Assembly (NCBI GenBank): GCA_964483885.1
Contig: CAZADO010000183.1
Span: 1 to 42,519 of the forward strand
Source of the DNA: an uncultured Alphaproteobacteria bacterium
Lineage (GTDB): Bacteria; Electryoneota; RPQS01; DYHQ01
Direction of reading: 5' to 3'
Length of the DNA: 42,519 nucleotides
The notes under the pieces are model-generated. The model was not told the DNA's origin. It saw only the letters and a program-made list of their open reading frames with translations, and did no database searches. This document shows, one piece after another, positions 1-10,876 of the stretch. A program made the translations under genes and the position numbers. Every line of letters starts with the position of its first letter. Position 1 is the stretch's first letter.

Positions 1-306
1 GCTTTCGAAATATTTCTGGGCAATTTGTGCACCTGTCCAGAGTAAAATGCTGCATGCCGCTGCTAAGCATAAACTTGAGAAAATCACCATCATTCGAGCG
101 ACATTCGCGAACGGGAGCATCGAAAATAGATGGCCGATGATTGTGTAGAGGGGATAACCGGTAGGATGTGCGATACCCAATTTCCAGACAACCGCTGTCA
201 GTTCGCCTGAATCTATTAATCCAAGACCTGGAGCGGATGTGAACAGGTAAACAAGAAAAATAGAGAAGCTTGAAAAAAGAAGAATGTTTGTCGAGGGTTT
301 GGGCAT
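1..306 (-). CDS. Partial CDS (N-terminus only; runs off the left edge): polytopic membrane protein, DUF2723 / GT-C-like putative glycosyltransferase
   Basis: Not in the ORF track. Hand translation of the minus strand from ATG at 306..304 is open to position 1: MPKPSTNILLFSSFSIFLVYLFTSAPGLGLIDSGELTAVVWKLGIAHPTGYPLYTIIGHLF... The DSGE...GIAHPTGYPLY stretch matches my recollection of DUF2723-type membrane proteins. It starts 6 nt after the addB-like stop. Confidence 0.55.
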   Translation of the reverse strand, partial: MPKPSTNILLFSSFSIFLVYLFTSAPGLGLIDSGELTAVVWKLGIAHPTGYPLYTIIGHLFSMLPFANVARMMVIFSSLCLAAACSILLWTGAQIAQKYFES

Positions 307-311
307 TTTAT

Positions 312-2945
312 CTAATCACTTATTGCACTGGATAAACTCGCAACGGGACAAATTGGAAGAAATGGACAGGACGAGTTATACTTCGCGCAGGGCGGGTCTT
401 GACCACGTCCAAAACTTTGTGTTTCACTGAATATATTCTGAGCCAAATCTGATACACGTTTCCATGTTTCGTCGAGTTCGTCTGAACTGACATTGTCAGG
501 TTTGGATTTATTATGAGAGTTTTTCGATTGAGAGAGGTTAGAAATTTCAAGCGACGTACGTTTTGGTTGATCATTTCTCTTAAAGCCGAAAAATATTATC
601 GATGCTTTCGCGACGGGGCGCTTATAGAGAGCTTCTGCAGCTTTGACATAGATGGGCAATTGAATCCAATCTTCGTCTTCCAGAAACTTGCTTCTTAGAC
701 TTTTTGCTCCGAATGATTTGTGTGATTTATAGTCGATGACTTCGAGACCTTCTTCTGTCACATCGATTCGATCGATGCGTCCTTTCAAGCGTAAACCATC
801 CGGCAAGGGTAGTTCGAATATCGTTTCGACGGCTTTGATTTCACCTTGCCATACGTTGCTTTGCATAAAGTCGCACAAGACTTGTATAACAAAACGCTCA
901 ATCGTATATCTCATGCCTTTTGAATATTCTAATAGGGCTGTACTCTTCCTGCAAAAAGATTGAAACCATTTCTCTAAATCTTCACCGGTTGGAATCCTGT
1001 ATTCCTTTTCTGGTACAAGCAGTTCGGCCAATGCCTCATGCAGCAGCAAACCTGTAAGCAAAGCGATAGGCCGCTCAGGTGTTTCAAGTTTCAGTATTTG
1101 ACTATAAAAGAATTTGCGCGGACACTTGATGAATTCCACCAAAGCTGTTGGAGATAACGGAAAGGTCTCAAGCTTTTTTTGAAGCGGTTTTCGTAGGGTA
1201 CTTTTCTGTTGGCAACCGGTTTTGATAAAGGATATCGGTTGAATATAGGATGCTTCTGCAATAGCAATTTTAGAGGATTTTTCAGTTGACCGAGCTGTCT
1301 CAGTTATTGCGCGAAAAAAAGGACTTTCTGCAACAACTTGCTCACCCGATGCGCGAAGCGGATACGAGAGCAAGACATCTCGCTTGGCGCGTTCCAAGAT
1401 ATTCAGGAATTTCCTCTTCTTTTCGCGATACACGTACAACATTGAACGATTCAGGTTAAGTCTCGTGAAGAGATTTAGCATGAGCAACTGAGATTCCAAT
1501 TCCTCTGTCGCCTCATTGGAAAATACCGGATTCTTCGGAACGGAACCCGGAAAAGATTCTCGCGAAAGTCCGGGCACCCAGACATACGCACCGTGTACAA
1601 GATCACTTCTTTGAAACGTTGCGATCTGAATTCCATTAGGGTAAATTACTTTCGGATCAAACTCATAGTCCAATAGACCTTTTTCAAAAGCTTCGCGGAA
1701 TATAAATCTGTCCGCATCACTGAGACTTTTCAAATTACTCGCACTCTCGAAACTGCGCTGAAATCTCATATGTAGAATATTTGTCCAGTGCTCAGCAGGC
1801 ATTTGCTTGCCGAGATCTCCTTGTAGTTCAGTTTCGTTCCCATCATTCACCAAACTCTCGTCGTAGGATAAACAATCACTCTGAAAATTGCCCACAAGTG
1901 AGATGTCTATATCCAGCCATGCTGCCGCTTCAAGAAGTATGTTTAGTTGTGTTTTAGGGGAGGTTAGCAGAATAATCACACGGTTGTCTTCTGCGAGACC
2001 TCGAGCCCAAAGCAATCCTTGCAACATCTCTTCAAAAGGAGACGCGGAGCGAAGTAGCGTCCATATTGACGGTGGTCGGTTTTCTTTTCCTATTAGATTC
2101 TCTATCGACCCTCTAAATGTTAATGGTTCATTGTGCGACTCGTCGAGTTGCATTTCGTCTGATTTTTCACGAATCTCTTTGATGTGTTCATCGTTTACCT
2201 CATCAAATAGCTGGCCTTCGGAAAGCATCGCCAATGCAAACGCAGAAGTTTCACATAACCGACGGATGACTCTCCATGTGATTGAATTCAGTTCATGAGC
2301 ATCATCGACGAGGAGGTGCGACGGGAGAAACTCTGTGGCTTTCCCTTCCCTTTCGAACAGATGAGTCAGCGAGATTAAATCAGAGAAATTGTTTTCAGTA
2401 ATATAGGAACAGAAGATTTTGTATAGAGAGAGGAGATCGTTCCAATCAGAAGCAGGATATTCCGACAGGGACATTTGAGACAGAGTCTCAGCATCGAGAT
2501 TCCATTTTCGAAAATCCTGAAAAAGAGAGATGTAATAATTCGTCAGAGGTTTTCGATTTTCGGGAAGCTGTTTCTTTATGTGGGAGTAAAGCTGCCAGGG
2601 AGTAACAAATCTCAAAGGGTATATTGGATGCGAATGGCGAGCCAGAACTTCTCTGGCAAAGTCCGCCAGAAAGCCTCCGACTGTTGTGATTCGAGTCCCC
2701 CAAATACCGCGCATTCTCTGGAGAATACGAATGGAAATTACACGTGCGCGCGCCTCATCCTGAGCGATGAAAAGAACTTTATCTGCGGGAACGCCGGATG
2801 AAATGAGTTGGACATACCTGTCACAAAGCCATTCACTCTTTCCAGTGCCGCGATTTCCTGTCAACCAGATATTTTGATGTGTCTCGTTCGCCATTCTTCC
2901 AAAACATTTATGAAAAGCTGCCCGAGTCGATGTCGACTCGGGCAA
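312..2945 (-). CDS. addB: AddB/RexB-like helicase-nuclease subunit B (N-terminal P-loop, C-terminal PD-(D/E)XK nuclease with Fe-S cysteines)
   Basis: 877-aa ORF. Walker A GNRGTGKS near the N-terminus. C-terminal RecB-family nuclease motif GRIDRIDV...EVIDYKS. Cysteine set CPRKFFY ... CAKYNSSCPFLPIC is typical of the AddB iron-sulfur staple. Start is TTG at 2945 with GGGAGA about 9 nt upstream; ATG at 2894 (MANETHQNIWLTG...) is an alternative. Confidence 0.7.
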   Translation of the reverse strand: MPESTSTRAAFHKCFGRMANETHQNIWLTGNRGTGKSEWLCDRYVQLISSGVPADKVLFIAQDEARARVISIRILQRMRGIWGTRITTVGGFLADFAREVLARHSHPIYPLRFVTPWQLYSHIKKQLPENRKPLTNYYISLFQDFRKWNLDAETLSQMSLSEYPASDWNDLLSLYKIFCSYITENNFSDLISLTHLFEREGKATEFLPSHLLVDDAHELNSITWRVIRRLCETSAFALAMLSEGQLFDEVNDEHIKEIREKSDEMQLDESHNEPLTFRGSIENLIGKENRPPSIWTLLRSASPFEEMLQGLLWARGLAEDNRVIILLTSPKTQLNILLEAAAWLDIDISLVGNFQSDCLSYDESLVNDGNETELQGDLGKQMPAEHWTNILHMRFQRSFESASNLKSLSDADRFIFREAFEKGLLDYEFDPKVIYPNGIQIATFQRSDLVHGAYVWVPGLSRESFPGSVPKNPVFSNEATEELESQLLMLNLFTRLNLNRSMLYVYREKKRKFLNILERAKRDVLLSYPLRASGEQVVAESPFFRAITETARSTEKSSKIAIAEASYIQPISFIKTGCQQKSTLRKPLQKKLETFPLSPTALVEFIKCPRKFFYSQILKLETPERPIALLTGLLLHEALAELLVPEKEYRIPTGEDLEKWFQSFCRKSTALLEYSKGMRYTIERFVIQVLCDFMQSNVWQGEIKAVETIFELPLPDGLRLKGRIDRIDVTEEGLEVIDYKSHKSFGAKSLRSKFLEDEDWIQLPIYVKAAEALYKRPVAKASIIFFGFKRNDQPKRTSLEISNLSQSKNSHNKSKPDNVSSDELDETWKRVSDLAQNIFSETQSFGRGQDPPCAKYNSSCPFLPICPVASLSSAISD

Positions 2946-2975
2946 GCTGTTTATCTCCCAATTTTCTGCATCGGT

Positions 2976-5237
2976 CTATTGTGCATCCACAACAGCGATA
3001 GCCGCGATGTCCACGATTTCGCTGACTTCGGCGCCGTATTGTAGAACGTGAATACATTTTTCCGTGCCGACCAGAATCGGGCCGACTGCTTCAGCCCCTC
3101 CAAGACGCTGCAACAATTTGTATGCGATATTTCCCGAGGATAACTCAGGGAAAATGAGAACGTTCACGAACTCTTTGTCATTTAGTTGAGAAAATGGATA
3201 GCGTTCATGGAGCAGCGATGAAACCACGGCTGTGTCAGCCTGCATTTCGCCATCTATACACATGTCAGGATGTTTTTGCTTCAGCATTCGAACAGCTTCT
3301 TGAACTTTGGTCACTTGAGGATGAAGAACACTCCCGAAATTCGAAAATGAGAGCAGTGCAATTCTTGGCTCGAAATCCAGCGATTTGACCAATTCTGCTG
3401 TGCATTCCGTGATTTCTACGAGATCCTCCGCTGTTGGATCAATGTTCACAGTCGTATCGGCGAAAAATATCACGCGATCTTTGAAAATCATCATATAGAT
3501 ACCACAGACTTTTTGGATTCCCTCTCGCGTCTTAACGATTTGCAGAGCAGGTCTGAGAGTTTCCGGATAATGCTGCGCGACTCCGGCCACCAGTGCGTCC
3601 GCATCTCCCATTTGAACCATCATCGGACCAAGGTAATTGCGCTGCAGAAGCAGATTGCGAGCGTCTCTACGCGTGATACCTTTTCGCTGACGTATTTTCC
3701 AAAAAGCTTCAATGTAGGTTTCCTGTTTTGGGAACGTTTCAGGATCGATAATTTCCGCGCCCTTCAGATCCAAAGCGAGCTTTTTCGAACGAGTTTTGAT
3801 GAGTTCCGGATTTCCGAGTAAGATTGGTATTCCGATCTCTTCGTCAATAATGATTTGAGCGGCGCGAATAATTTTCTCGTTGCCTCCTTCAGGGAAAACA
3901 ATGCGCTTAGGCTTTGATTTTGCCTTGTTGATAATCCTTCGGACGATTTCACGTCCCGGGAAAAGTTTGCGCTCCAGCTCTTCGACATAAGCTCCCCAAT
4001 CCGTTATCGGCTTGCGCGCCACTCCTGTTTCTACGGCGGCACGTGCAACAGCCGGTGCTTCTTTCAGGAGTACTCGAGGATCAAACGGTTTAGGAATGAT
4101 ATATTCCCGACCGAATTGCAGCTTTTCGACTCCATAGGCGCGACAGACGGAATCCGGGACGTCTTGCATTGCCAATTCAGATAAAGCATATGCAGCGGCT
4201 CTTTTCATCTCCTCATTGATTTTGCTGGCCTGCACATCCAAAGCGCCTCGGAAAATAAACGGGAAACCAAGAACGTTATTGACTTGATTTGGATAATCAC
4301 TTCGTCCGGTGGCCATAATGACATCATCGCGAGCTTCTATCGCATCCGGATAGCTGATTTCGGGATCCGGATTGGCCATTGCGAAAACGATTGGATTATC
4401 TGCCATAGAACGAAGCATATCTTTCGTAACGCAGTCCTTTACTGAGACTCCACAGAAAACATCGGCGCCTTTCATAGCGTCTGCAAGTGTGCGAGCATCT
4501 GTTTCAACTGCAAAGCGAGCTTTGTATGGATTCATACCTGCGGTGCGGCCTTTGTAGATGACGCCTTTGGAATCGCAGAGCAGAACGTTTTCCAAACGAA
4601 CACCCAAAGAAACATAGAACGCTGCACAGGCAATCCCAGCGGCACCTGCGCCGTTGAATACAACTTTCACATCCTCGATTTTCTTGTTGGCAATTTTAAT
4701 CGCGTTCAACAAGCCTGCTCCGGAAATAATCGCTGTGCCGTGTTGGTCATCATGGAAGACCGGAATCGAAAGTGCGGCGATGAGCTTCTCTTCAATATAG
4801 AAACACTCCGGCGCTTTAATATCTTCCAGATTGATTCCACCAAAGGTCGGTTCAAGAAGCTTGCAAGCTTTGATAATTTCATCGGGATCTTCCGTGTTCA
4901 GTTCAATGTCAAATACATCAACATCCGCAAAGCGCTTAAAGAGAACTCCCTTCCCTTCCATCACTGGTTTCCCTGCCAACGCTCCGATATTGCCAAGTCC
5001 AAGAACCGCCGTGCCATTCGAAACAACAGCAACTAAATTTCCTTTTGCCGTGTACTCATACGCATTTTGCGGATCTTTAACAATTTCAAAGCAGGGTTCT
5101 GCGACACCTGGGGTGTACGCCATCGAAAGATCCCGCTGAGTTTTGCAGGGTTTTGTGGAAGTAACCTCGATTTTCCCTTTGCGACCGATACTGTGATACT
5201 CCAACGCTTCCTGTCGGCGAATAATTTTGCTTTCCAT
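2976..5237 (-). CDS. maeB: NADP-dependent malic enzyme with C-terminal phosphotransacetylase-like domain
   Basis: 753 aa. N-terminal malic-enzyme core ([13 protein letters not shown](P)-binding [10 protein letters not shown]) followed by a roughly 330-aa PTA-like domain. This is the classic MaeB architecture. ATG start. Confidence 0.9.
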   Translation of the reverse strand: MESKIIRRQEALEYHSIGRKGKIEVTSTKPCKTQRDLSMAYTPGVAEPCFEIVKDPQNAYEYTAKGNLVAVVSNGTAVLGLGNIGALAGKPVMEGKGVLFKRFADVDVFDIELNTEDPDEIIKACKLLEPTFGGINLEDIKAPECFYIEEKLIAALSIPVFHDDQHGTAIISGAGLLNAIKIANKKIEDVKVVFNGAGAAGIACAAFYVSLGVRLENVLLCDSKGVIYKGRTAGMNPYKARFAVETDARTLADAMKGADVFCGVSVKDCVTKDMLRSMADNPIVFAMANPDPEISYPDAIEARDDVIMATGRSDYPNQVNNVLGFPFIFRGALDVQASKINEEMKRAAAYALSELAMQDVPDSVCRAYGVEKLQFGREYIIPKPFDPRVLLKEAPAVARAAVETGVARKPITDWGAYVEELERKLFPGREIVRRIINKAKSKPKRIVFPEGGNEKIIRAAQIIIDEEIGIPILLGNPELIKTRSKKLALDLKGAEIIDPETFPKQETYIEAFWKIRQRKGITRRDARNLLLQRNYLGPMMVQMGDADALVAGVAQHYPETLRPALQIVKTREGIQKVCGIYMMIFKDRVIFFADTTVNIDPTAEDLVEITECTAELVKSLDFEPRIALLSFSNFGSVLHPQVTKVQEAVRMLKQKHPDMCIDGEMQADTAVVSSLLHERYPFSQLNDKEFVNVLIFPELSSGNIAYKLLQRLGGAEAVGPILVGTEKCIHVLQYGAEVSEIVDIAAIAVVDAQ

Positions 5238-5338
5238 TTTCGTGACTTTCCGTTCTAAAAAATGATAAATTTCCTATCTGAGAAACCTCAGAATTATTGC
5301 GTGAGATGAATCTAATATAAGGCGAAGTTTGAAGAAAA

Positions 5339-6196
5339 TCAAGTAGATTTTGCCGCCTGAAACGTGTTCTGCATCAGCATCGCAATTGTCATTGGGCCAA
5401 CTCCTCCGGGCACCGGAGTGATGGCCGAAACGAGGGGAGCCACAGACGTAAAATCAATATCTCCTACGAGTTTCCCATCCTCTTTTCGATGAATTCCGAC
5501 GTCAATAACTATCGCTCCCGGTTTCACCATATCTCCCGTGACATACTCTGGTTGTCCCATAGCCGATATCAGAATATCTGCTTGGCGCGATAGTTGAGGC
5601 AGATTCGATGTTCCCGAGTGACAAAGGGTAACGGTTGCGTTGCAGTCTTTTTGTTTCAGCGATAGAAGTAGAGAAAGCGGTCTTCCTACCAGATTCGAAC
5701 GCCCCAGAATCGCGACGTCTTTCCCTTCCGGTGAATGATGTGTCCGTCTTAGAAGCTCCCAAATACCATAGGGCGTACAGGGAATAAATTTTGGCTGTCC
5801 TGCTGCCAGCCGGCCAAGGTTTATCGGATGAAGTCCATCAACGTCTTTCTGAGGATTCAGGCGTTCCAAAATTAATTCCGTATTCAAATGTTGCGGCAGA
5901 GGGAGTTGCACCAGAATTCCGTGCACTTTCGGATTCCCGTTAAGTTCGTCAATGAGATTAAGAACGTCTTTCAGAGAAACCGTTTCAGCAAGCTTAATAG
6001 TTTCAGATTGAATACCAAGCTTCTCTGCGGCCTTGGCTTTTGAACTCACATAAACTTGTGAAGCCGGATCATTGCCGATTAACAATACTGTAAGAGAAGG
6101 TGTTACGCCTTTTTCACGTTTCAGGAGTTCAACACCAGCAGCGATTTCTGTTTTAATCGTTGCAGCGATTTTCTTGCCGTCTATGATTTCCGGCAT
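5339..6196 (-). CDS. folD: Bifunctional methylenetetrahydrofolate dehydrogenase / methenyl-THF cyclohydrolase
   Basis: 285 aa. MPEIIDGKKIA... start, motifs YVSSKAKA, GRSNLVGRP, PVPGGVGPMT. Confidence 0.95.
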   Translation of the reverse strand: MPEIIDGKKIAATIKTEIAAGVELLKREKGVTPSLTVLLIGNDPASQVYVSSKAKAAEKLGIQSETIKLAETVSLKDVLNLIDELNGNPKVHGILVQLPLPQHLNTELILERLNPQKDVDGLHPINLGRLAAGQPKFIPCTPYGIWELLRRTHHSPEGKDVAILGRSNLVGRPLSLLLSLKQKDCNATVTLCHSGTSNLPQLSRQADILISAMGQPEYVTGDMVKPGAIVIDVGIHRKEDGKLVGDIDFTSVAPLVSAITPVPGGVGPMTIAMLMQNTFQAAKST

Positions 6197-6209
6197 AACT
6201 CTCCTTTGC

Positions 6210-7130
6210 TCAGCGTTTTTGAGATTTCAAATAACCTTTGCCGTACTGCCGAAGATGAAGATAGTCAAAAACGATAGGCGGTATGTAGAACGGTAATAGC
6301 AGGTTTGTCAGTACAAGAATGGGATGATAAACAGCGCCTGTCATTAGAAGACGTATCGGCGTCCTCTCCAGTTGGTGGAGATTAAGTTCACGGTAAAGCT
6401 GTGGATGCCTTTTCACTAACAAAGGAACAGATTTTTCTCCATACAGTTCGAGATTCTTTAGTAGTGGCTTCAGCGGACGATGATGATGATGGAAAGCACG
6501 AGCATTGGACTCAAAAACAATAGGGATACCGGCTTCTTCAAACCGGACTCCTAACTCGAGGTCCTCTCCACCCCATCCGGTGAACTCTTCACTGAAGAAT
6601 CCGACTTTTTCGAATACTTTTCGCGGCATCGAACAGTTACGCGTCAGAAAATAGCGACCGGGAAGAGAGTGATTGGCTGGCAACTTTTTCGCGCCGCGGG
6701 TATTGAGGTAGTGAAAGAGCGCTCGATAGCGCCAGTTGTGGCTGAATTCCGATTGACCAACGACAATACATTCGTGCTTCTGATGTTGTTTGACATGCCA
6801 CAGAATAAAATCTTTTTCAATCGTGTGGTCTCCATCGAGCATGATGAGAATATCTGCTTGGGAAGAGCGAATACCCTCATTGCGCGATGAAGAGCGATTG
6901 TTGTTACCCTCTTGAAGAATAACTCGAATTTGAGAACTCTGAAGTGATGTAAGCCATTCCCGTGTGCCATCTTCAGAACCACCATCAATGACAACAACTT
7001 CATATAGCTCTTTTGGATATTCTTCAGACAGAAGCTGTGGGAGTAGGTTCTGAAGAATTTCTCTATGATTAAAACTGGTAACCAATACCGAGACGGATGG
7101 CAGAGAATCGCTGAATGGTTTTTCCATCAT
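6210..7130 (-). CDS. Family 2 glycosyltransferase
   Basis: VSVLVTSFNH..., VIDGGSEDGT, LDGDH (DxD) are GT-A/GT2 hallmarks. The track ORF begins at TTG 7139. I prefer ATG at 7130, which shares one nucleotide with the upstream TGA stop (TGATG). Confidence 0.85.
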   Translation of the reverse strand: MMEKPFSDSLPSVSVLVTSFNHREILQNLLPQLLSEEYPKELYEVVVIDGGSEDGTREWLTSLQSSQIRVILQEGNNNRSSSRNEGIRSSQADILIMLDGDHTIEKDFILWHVKQHQKHECIVVGQSEFSHNWRYRALFHYLNTRGAKKLPANHSLPGRYFLTRNCSMPRKVFEKVGFFSEEFTGWGGEDLELGVRFEEAGIPIVFESNARAFHHHHRPLKPLLKNLELYGEKSVPLLVKRHPQLYRELNLHQLERTPIRLLMTGAVYHPILVLTNLLLPFYIPPIVFDYLHLRQYGKGYLKSQKR

Positions 7131-8206
7131 CACAGCCAACCTTCACGCTGATAGTAACCATAAAGCGCATCGCCGACATTCTTGATGTCATGCCATTTCG
7201 ACACCCAAAGGCGACCTTTTTCGGAAAGTTGTTTCAAGCGATTCGAGTCTTGAATCAGAGACGTCAGCACATTTGAAAGCGTTGAAGGATCTGCTTGAAC
7301 AAATGGAGAATCGTGAAGTCTTTGCGACATCTGCGCGGGGATATTTGTCACCACCGGCAACCCCATCGCTAAGGCCTCCACGGAACTCATGCCGTATCCC
7401 CAACCTCCTTCATTAGTGATTTGGTCGATAAAGATGTCGCATTCCGCTTTGCGTTTCAATGCTTCTTCGTAAGGGATGTTTTGAAGTAGAACAAATTCAA
7501 GTTCGAATTTCTTCTGCAGTGCTTGCACAACTTCAATGATGGTTTTTGTCCCTTTGTAAATGTTGCGCGCAGCATGGCATAGTCGAATCGGTTTAGAAAA
7601 AGTCTTTGCTTTAAAGGGAAATATAGACATATCGAAAGGTAGATAAAGATATTCCAAGCGCGGGTCAAGTTCCAAGAGATCCCATTCGCTCGTGAGGCGC
7701 AGGTGAGTCAACTGATCCACAGGCGGGACAATGCCTCGGTTTCGTAAATCTGAGCCATGATAAAAACAAACGATTTTCTTCCCGGTTCCTGCTAAAGTCT
7801 TCAGCCATCTTGCGTCGCGAAAAAACTCCAATCCCCCATCGAGATGATAGATATCAAAGCTATTCAAATCATAGTCTTCAATCGCGGTGTTTATTCGAGA
7901 TTGAAGCAGCGCATCACGCGCAGAAAACAGCCAGCGTTCCCAGAAAGGCGGCTTCCAAACGGGAGGATATTCGACTCGGACATTATCCGGATTTGAACCT
8001 CGTAGTCCATGAGCAAATCGCCGGGTACCTCGCACCCATGTTTTATTCGGCATTAGGGGTAAATTCAAGCAAATATCCTCAGGGAAACGATAGCGTGTTG
8101 GAAAAAACGTAACAAAGTGACAATCATTTCCTCTGCGACGATGTTCCGCTTGAAAAAGAGATAAGGTGCCGGAAACATGTTCCGCTGCTATGTGAAGTAT
8201 CTTCAT
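7130..8206 (-). CDS. GT-B fold glycosyltransferase (GT4 / Pfam Glycos_transf_1-like)
   Basis: 358 aa. C-terminal GYGMSSVEALAMGLPVVTN resembles the GT4 nucleotide-sugar binding region. ATG start overlaps the flippase stop by 4 nt (ATGA). Confidence 0.75.
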   Translation of the reverse strand: MKILHIAAEHVSGTLSLFQAEHRRRGNDCHFVTFFPTRYRFPEDICLNLPLMPNKTWVRGTRRFAHGLRGSNPDNVRVEYPPVWKPPFWERWLFSARDALLQSRINTAIEDYDLNSFDIYHLDGGLEFFRDARWLKTLAGTGKKIVCFYHGSDLRNRGIVPPVDQLTHLRLTSEWDLLELDPRLEYLYLPFDMSIFPFKAKTFSKPIRLCHAARNIYKGTKTIIEVVQALQKKFELEFVLLQNIPYEEALKRKAECDIFIDQITNEGGWGYGMSSVEALAMGLPVVTNIPAQMSQRLHDSPFVQADPSTLSNVLTSLIQDSNRLKQLSEKGRLWVSKWHDIKNVGDALYGYYQREGWL

Positions 8207-9696
8207 GAGCGGTGAAGCATTTCAAGTAGTCGTCTTTTCTCTTCAGGACGAAAGAATCCTGTTCCGAAAAGGACAATAGGAAGCGCAATGATCAGAATAA
8301 CACTCGCAATCCAGCCTTGAGCAAATTCGAATGATCCCAAAAAGAAAAGCACGCCTACAGTCAGAGCAATATGAAGTAAACGTCCCCACTCATAGGGTAC
8401 CGGATAACTTCGGCGAATAAGCACCCAGAGCAGAAACGCCTCGATAATAAAAGCTGTTAACGTCAGCCACGCCGCTGCCCACATTCCATAAACTGGCACG
8501 AGCAGGATATTGCCGCCGACATTCACAAGCGCTGCCGTTCCTGTGACCCAAGGGAGAAGCAGTGTCTTTTTTTTCAGATAAACTCCCACCATGAGGTTTG
8601 CATAAATACCGTCAAAAATGTGAGCCAGCAGTATAATTGGGAAAACCGCGAGTCCTGCCCAGTAGCGTTGTTCGATAATTGTCCCTCCTGTTCCCGGAAT
8701 ACTCAATTTCACCAAATCAGGAACCAACAGAGAGAGACTTAAAAACAGAAAACCACAAATCAGGACGAAGTAGGTCAACACACGGGCGAATAGTCTCGGT
8801 GCGTCTTCTTGGTCTGCATGCGAAAGAAAGAATGGCTGCCATGCAAAACGAAACGCGCCGGTTATCACAGCCATGAACATTCCAAGCTTGTAACCCGCGC
8901 TGTAGAGCCCGGCTTCTTCGAGCCCGCGGAGAGATTCAAGAATTTTACGATCTGCGAGTTCAATCGCCATAACAAAAAGGTAAGTCGGAATATTCGGCAG
9001 ACCGAAAACAAGCATTTGCTTAAGCAGTCCTCGATCAAATGACAAACGTGCTTTTGAAATTATACTCGGGATTTGAATCGCAAGCGTTATCGCCGCCGCC
9101 CAGAAATTCGCCCAAAGGACTCCCGCTACAGACCATTTCCAAACCCCGACAAAAAGAATATTCAAGGATATATTTACAGCGACATTTAAAAGTTTTATGG
9201 ATACGAAACGGTAGGGTTTGTGTGTTCCGCGAAGCATGATAAAGGGAAAGGTTGACAGCGTATCGAATAGAAGAATAATTGCGCAAACGCGAATCATTGA
9301 AGCGGCAATTTCAGGATGGATAGGTTTGAGAATGAGCCATAACGAAATTTGTGGAGCTGTATAACTTAAAACAAGTAGCAACATAACTGATGTCAAAAAA
9401 GAAGCGACGAGGGCAGTTCCGAAAATCTTCTTTCGAAGCTGTTCATCCTTTTGGAGTGTGTAATATCGCAAAAATGCAATATCCATTCCATAGAAATAAA
9501 AGGTTTGCATCACAGCAAGAAATAGATAGTAAAGCGTCACTTCTCCGTATTCAGCAGGCGTGAGTTGATAGCTGTAATACGGCAGAAGCAGAAAGGTCAC
9601 AAAGCGAGTCAGGATGTGACCAGTTCCATAAACCATCGATTCTTTAGAAAGACTTTTCAGTTCTTGAAACAAAACCTTAGTCTCCGAAAGGTACAA
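8203..9696 (-). CDS. Polysaccharide/oligosaccharide flippase, MOP (Wzx-like) family
   Basis: 497 aa and highly hydrophobic, with about 12-14 predicted TM segments. The N-terminus LKSLSKESMVYGTGHILTRFVTFLLLPYYS resembles Wzx/polysaccharide biosynthesis proteins. Start is TTG 9696 (20-nt overlap with the upstream gene) or TTG 9672. Confidence 0.75.
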   Translation of the reverse strand: MYLSETKVLFQELKSLSKESMVYGTGHILTRFVTFLLLPYYSYQLTPAEYGEVTLYYLFLAVMQTFYFYGMDIAFLRYYTLQKDEQLRKKIFGTALVASFLTSVMLLLVLSYTAPQISLWLILKPIHPEIAASMIRVCAIILLFDTLSTFPFIMLRGTHKPYRFVSIKLLNVAVNISLNILFVGVWKWSVAGVLWANFWAAAITLAIQIPSIISKARLSFDRGLLKQMLVFGLPNIPTYLFVMAIELADRKILESLRGLEEAGLYSAGYKLGMFMAVITGAFRFAWQPFFLSHADQEDAPRLFARVLTYFVLICGFLFLSLSLLVPDLVKLSIPGTGGTIIEQRYWAGLAVFPIILLAHIFDGIYANLMVGVYLKKKTLLLPWVTGTAALVNVGGNILLVPVYGMWAAAWLTLTAFIIEAFLLWVLIRRSYPVPYEWGRLLHIALTVGVLFFLGSFEFAQGWIASVILIIALPIVLFGTGFFRPEEKRRLLEMLHRS

Positions 9697-10846
9697 GAAA
9701 GAGAAGATATGGCAATAGGATCAAAACAAAGAGAATCCCCTGCGTTCGGCGAGTTCGCCCTCCAATCGCAAGAAGCAGTATCCATGCAGGCCAAGCAATC
9801 AGCAAATAGCGACCTTCCGCTTGAAAATAGTGCATGTTGAGCCAGATAAAACCGAAGATTGATGCGAACAATAAGAGAAAATAATTCAATATTGGCTTTA
9901 CGGTTCGGTATTCTGATAGGGAATAAACGATTAAGATTGCGCAAGCAATGGCAAGAACGAGTATCAGAATGCCGCCCAGTGGACCGCCCCAGAATTCCTG
10001 CCATGGGAAAATAAAAGAACGCAAGGCATAAGAAAGAACGGAAATTAAAGAAGCAGGTTCAACGTCTGGACTTCCGAAGCCTGCAGAAAGCGGTAAAATC
10101 GATCCAAATATTTGAATATTTCTCAGCCATACAGGTGCAGATAATATTGCAGCGACTGCGAGCAAACCTAACCATATTGCTGATTTTCTCCACTCCTTTT
10201 TTACTAAATTTAGGATTAATGGTAAGGGCGCTAAAAGCAATATTGAGAATTTCGTATAGAGTCCTGCAGTGAGCGCAAGTGTCCAAAATAGCAAATAACG
10301 CTTGCTTGAAGATTCAGCTTCAATCCGCAACCAGAAATAGACAATCAGACCAGCAAAGAACCAACAGAGAGACTCATTGGATACTAAGGCAGAATAACGA
10401 ACCATACTTCCAAGAAGTGACGTCACAATAAGCGAACTACCGGCAATGATGCGGGATAGACCTAATTGAAGTGCGATTAAATATGCAATCGGTAAAAGTA
10501 AGATGCCAAAAAGAAGCGAAATGATTCTGGCCGCTAAATAACCGGTATTCGAATCGATACTTTGCCAAAGAGCAACCGCTGGTGCTGCAATCAGATAATA
10601 AAGCGGTGGCTGGTAACTCTCGAAAGATGTTTGTGTGTTTTCAAATCCCTTCTTTATCGATAGGCTTGAAACGGGGAGAGTTTTCTTTTCTATGATATGG
10701 ACGATATAGTTGTAATGAGCGCGTTCGTCGTTATAGGGAAGCAATTTCGCATCTCGCGTTTCTTGACCTTTATCAAAGGGCGCAAGGAACAAGAAGAGTA
10801 CTCGAAGCGCAATTCCTATAATGGCTGCAACTAAAACAACTCTCAA
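9677..10846 (-). CDS. Short GT-C fold membrane glycosyltransferase (ArnT/PMT-like, GT39/GT83-type)
   Basis: 389 aa, polytopic. The first loop carries YNDERAHYNY (a DE motif) and YQPPLYY, as in ArnT/PMT-type enzymes. There is no large C-terminal soluble domain. TTG start, with no in-frame ATG nearby. Confidence 0.55.
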   Translation of the reverse strand: MRVVLVAAIIGIALRVLFLFLAPFDKGQETRDAKLLPYNDERAHYNYIVHIIEKKTLPVSSLSIKKGFENTQTSFESYQPPLYYLIAAPAVALWQSIDSNTGYLAARIISLLFGILLLPIAYLIALQLGLSRIIAGSSLIVTSLLGSMVRYSALVSNESLCWFFAGLIVYFWLRIEAESSSKRYLLFWTLALTAGLYTKFSILLLAPLPLILNLVKKEWRKSAIWLGLLAVAAILSAPVWLRNIQIFGSILPLSAGFGSPDVEPASLISVLSYALRSFIFPWQEFWGGPLGGILILVLAIACAILIVYSLSEYRTVKPILNYFLLLFASIFGFIWLNMHYFQAEGRYLLIAWPAWILLLAIGGRTRRTQGILFVLILLPYLLFLVPFGD

Positions 10847-10876
10847 TATATGATTCTTCCCTGAAAATAGTTTTTG

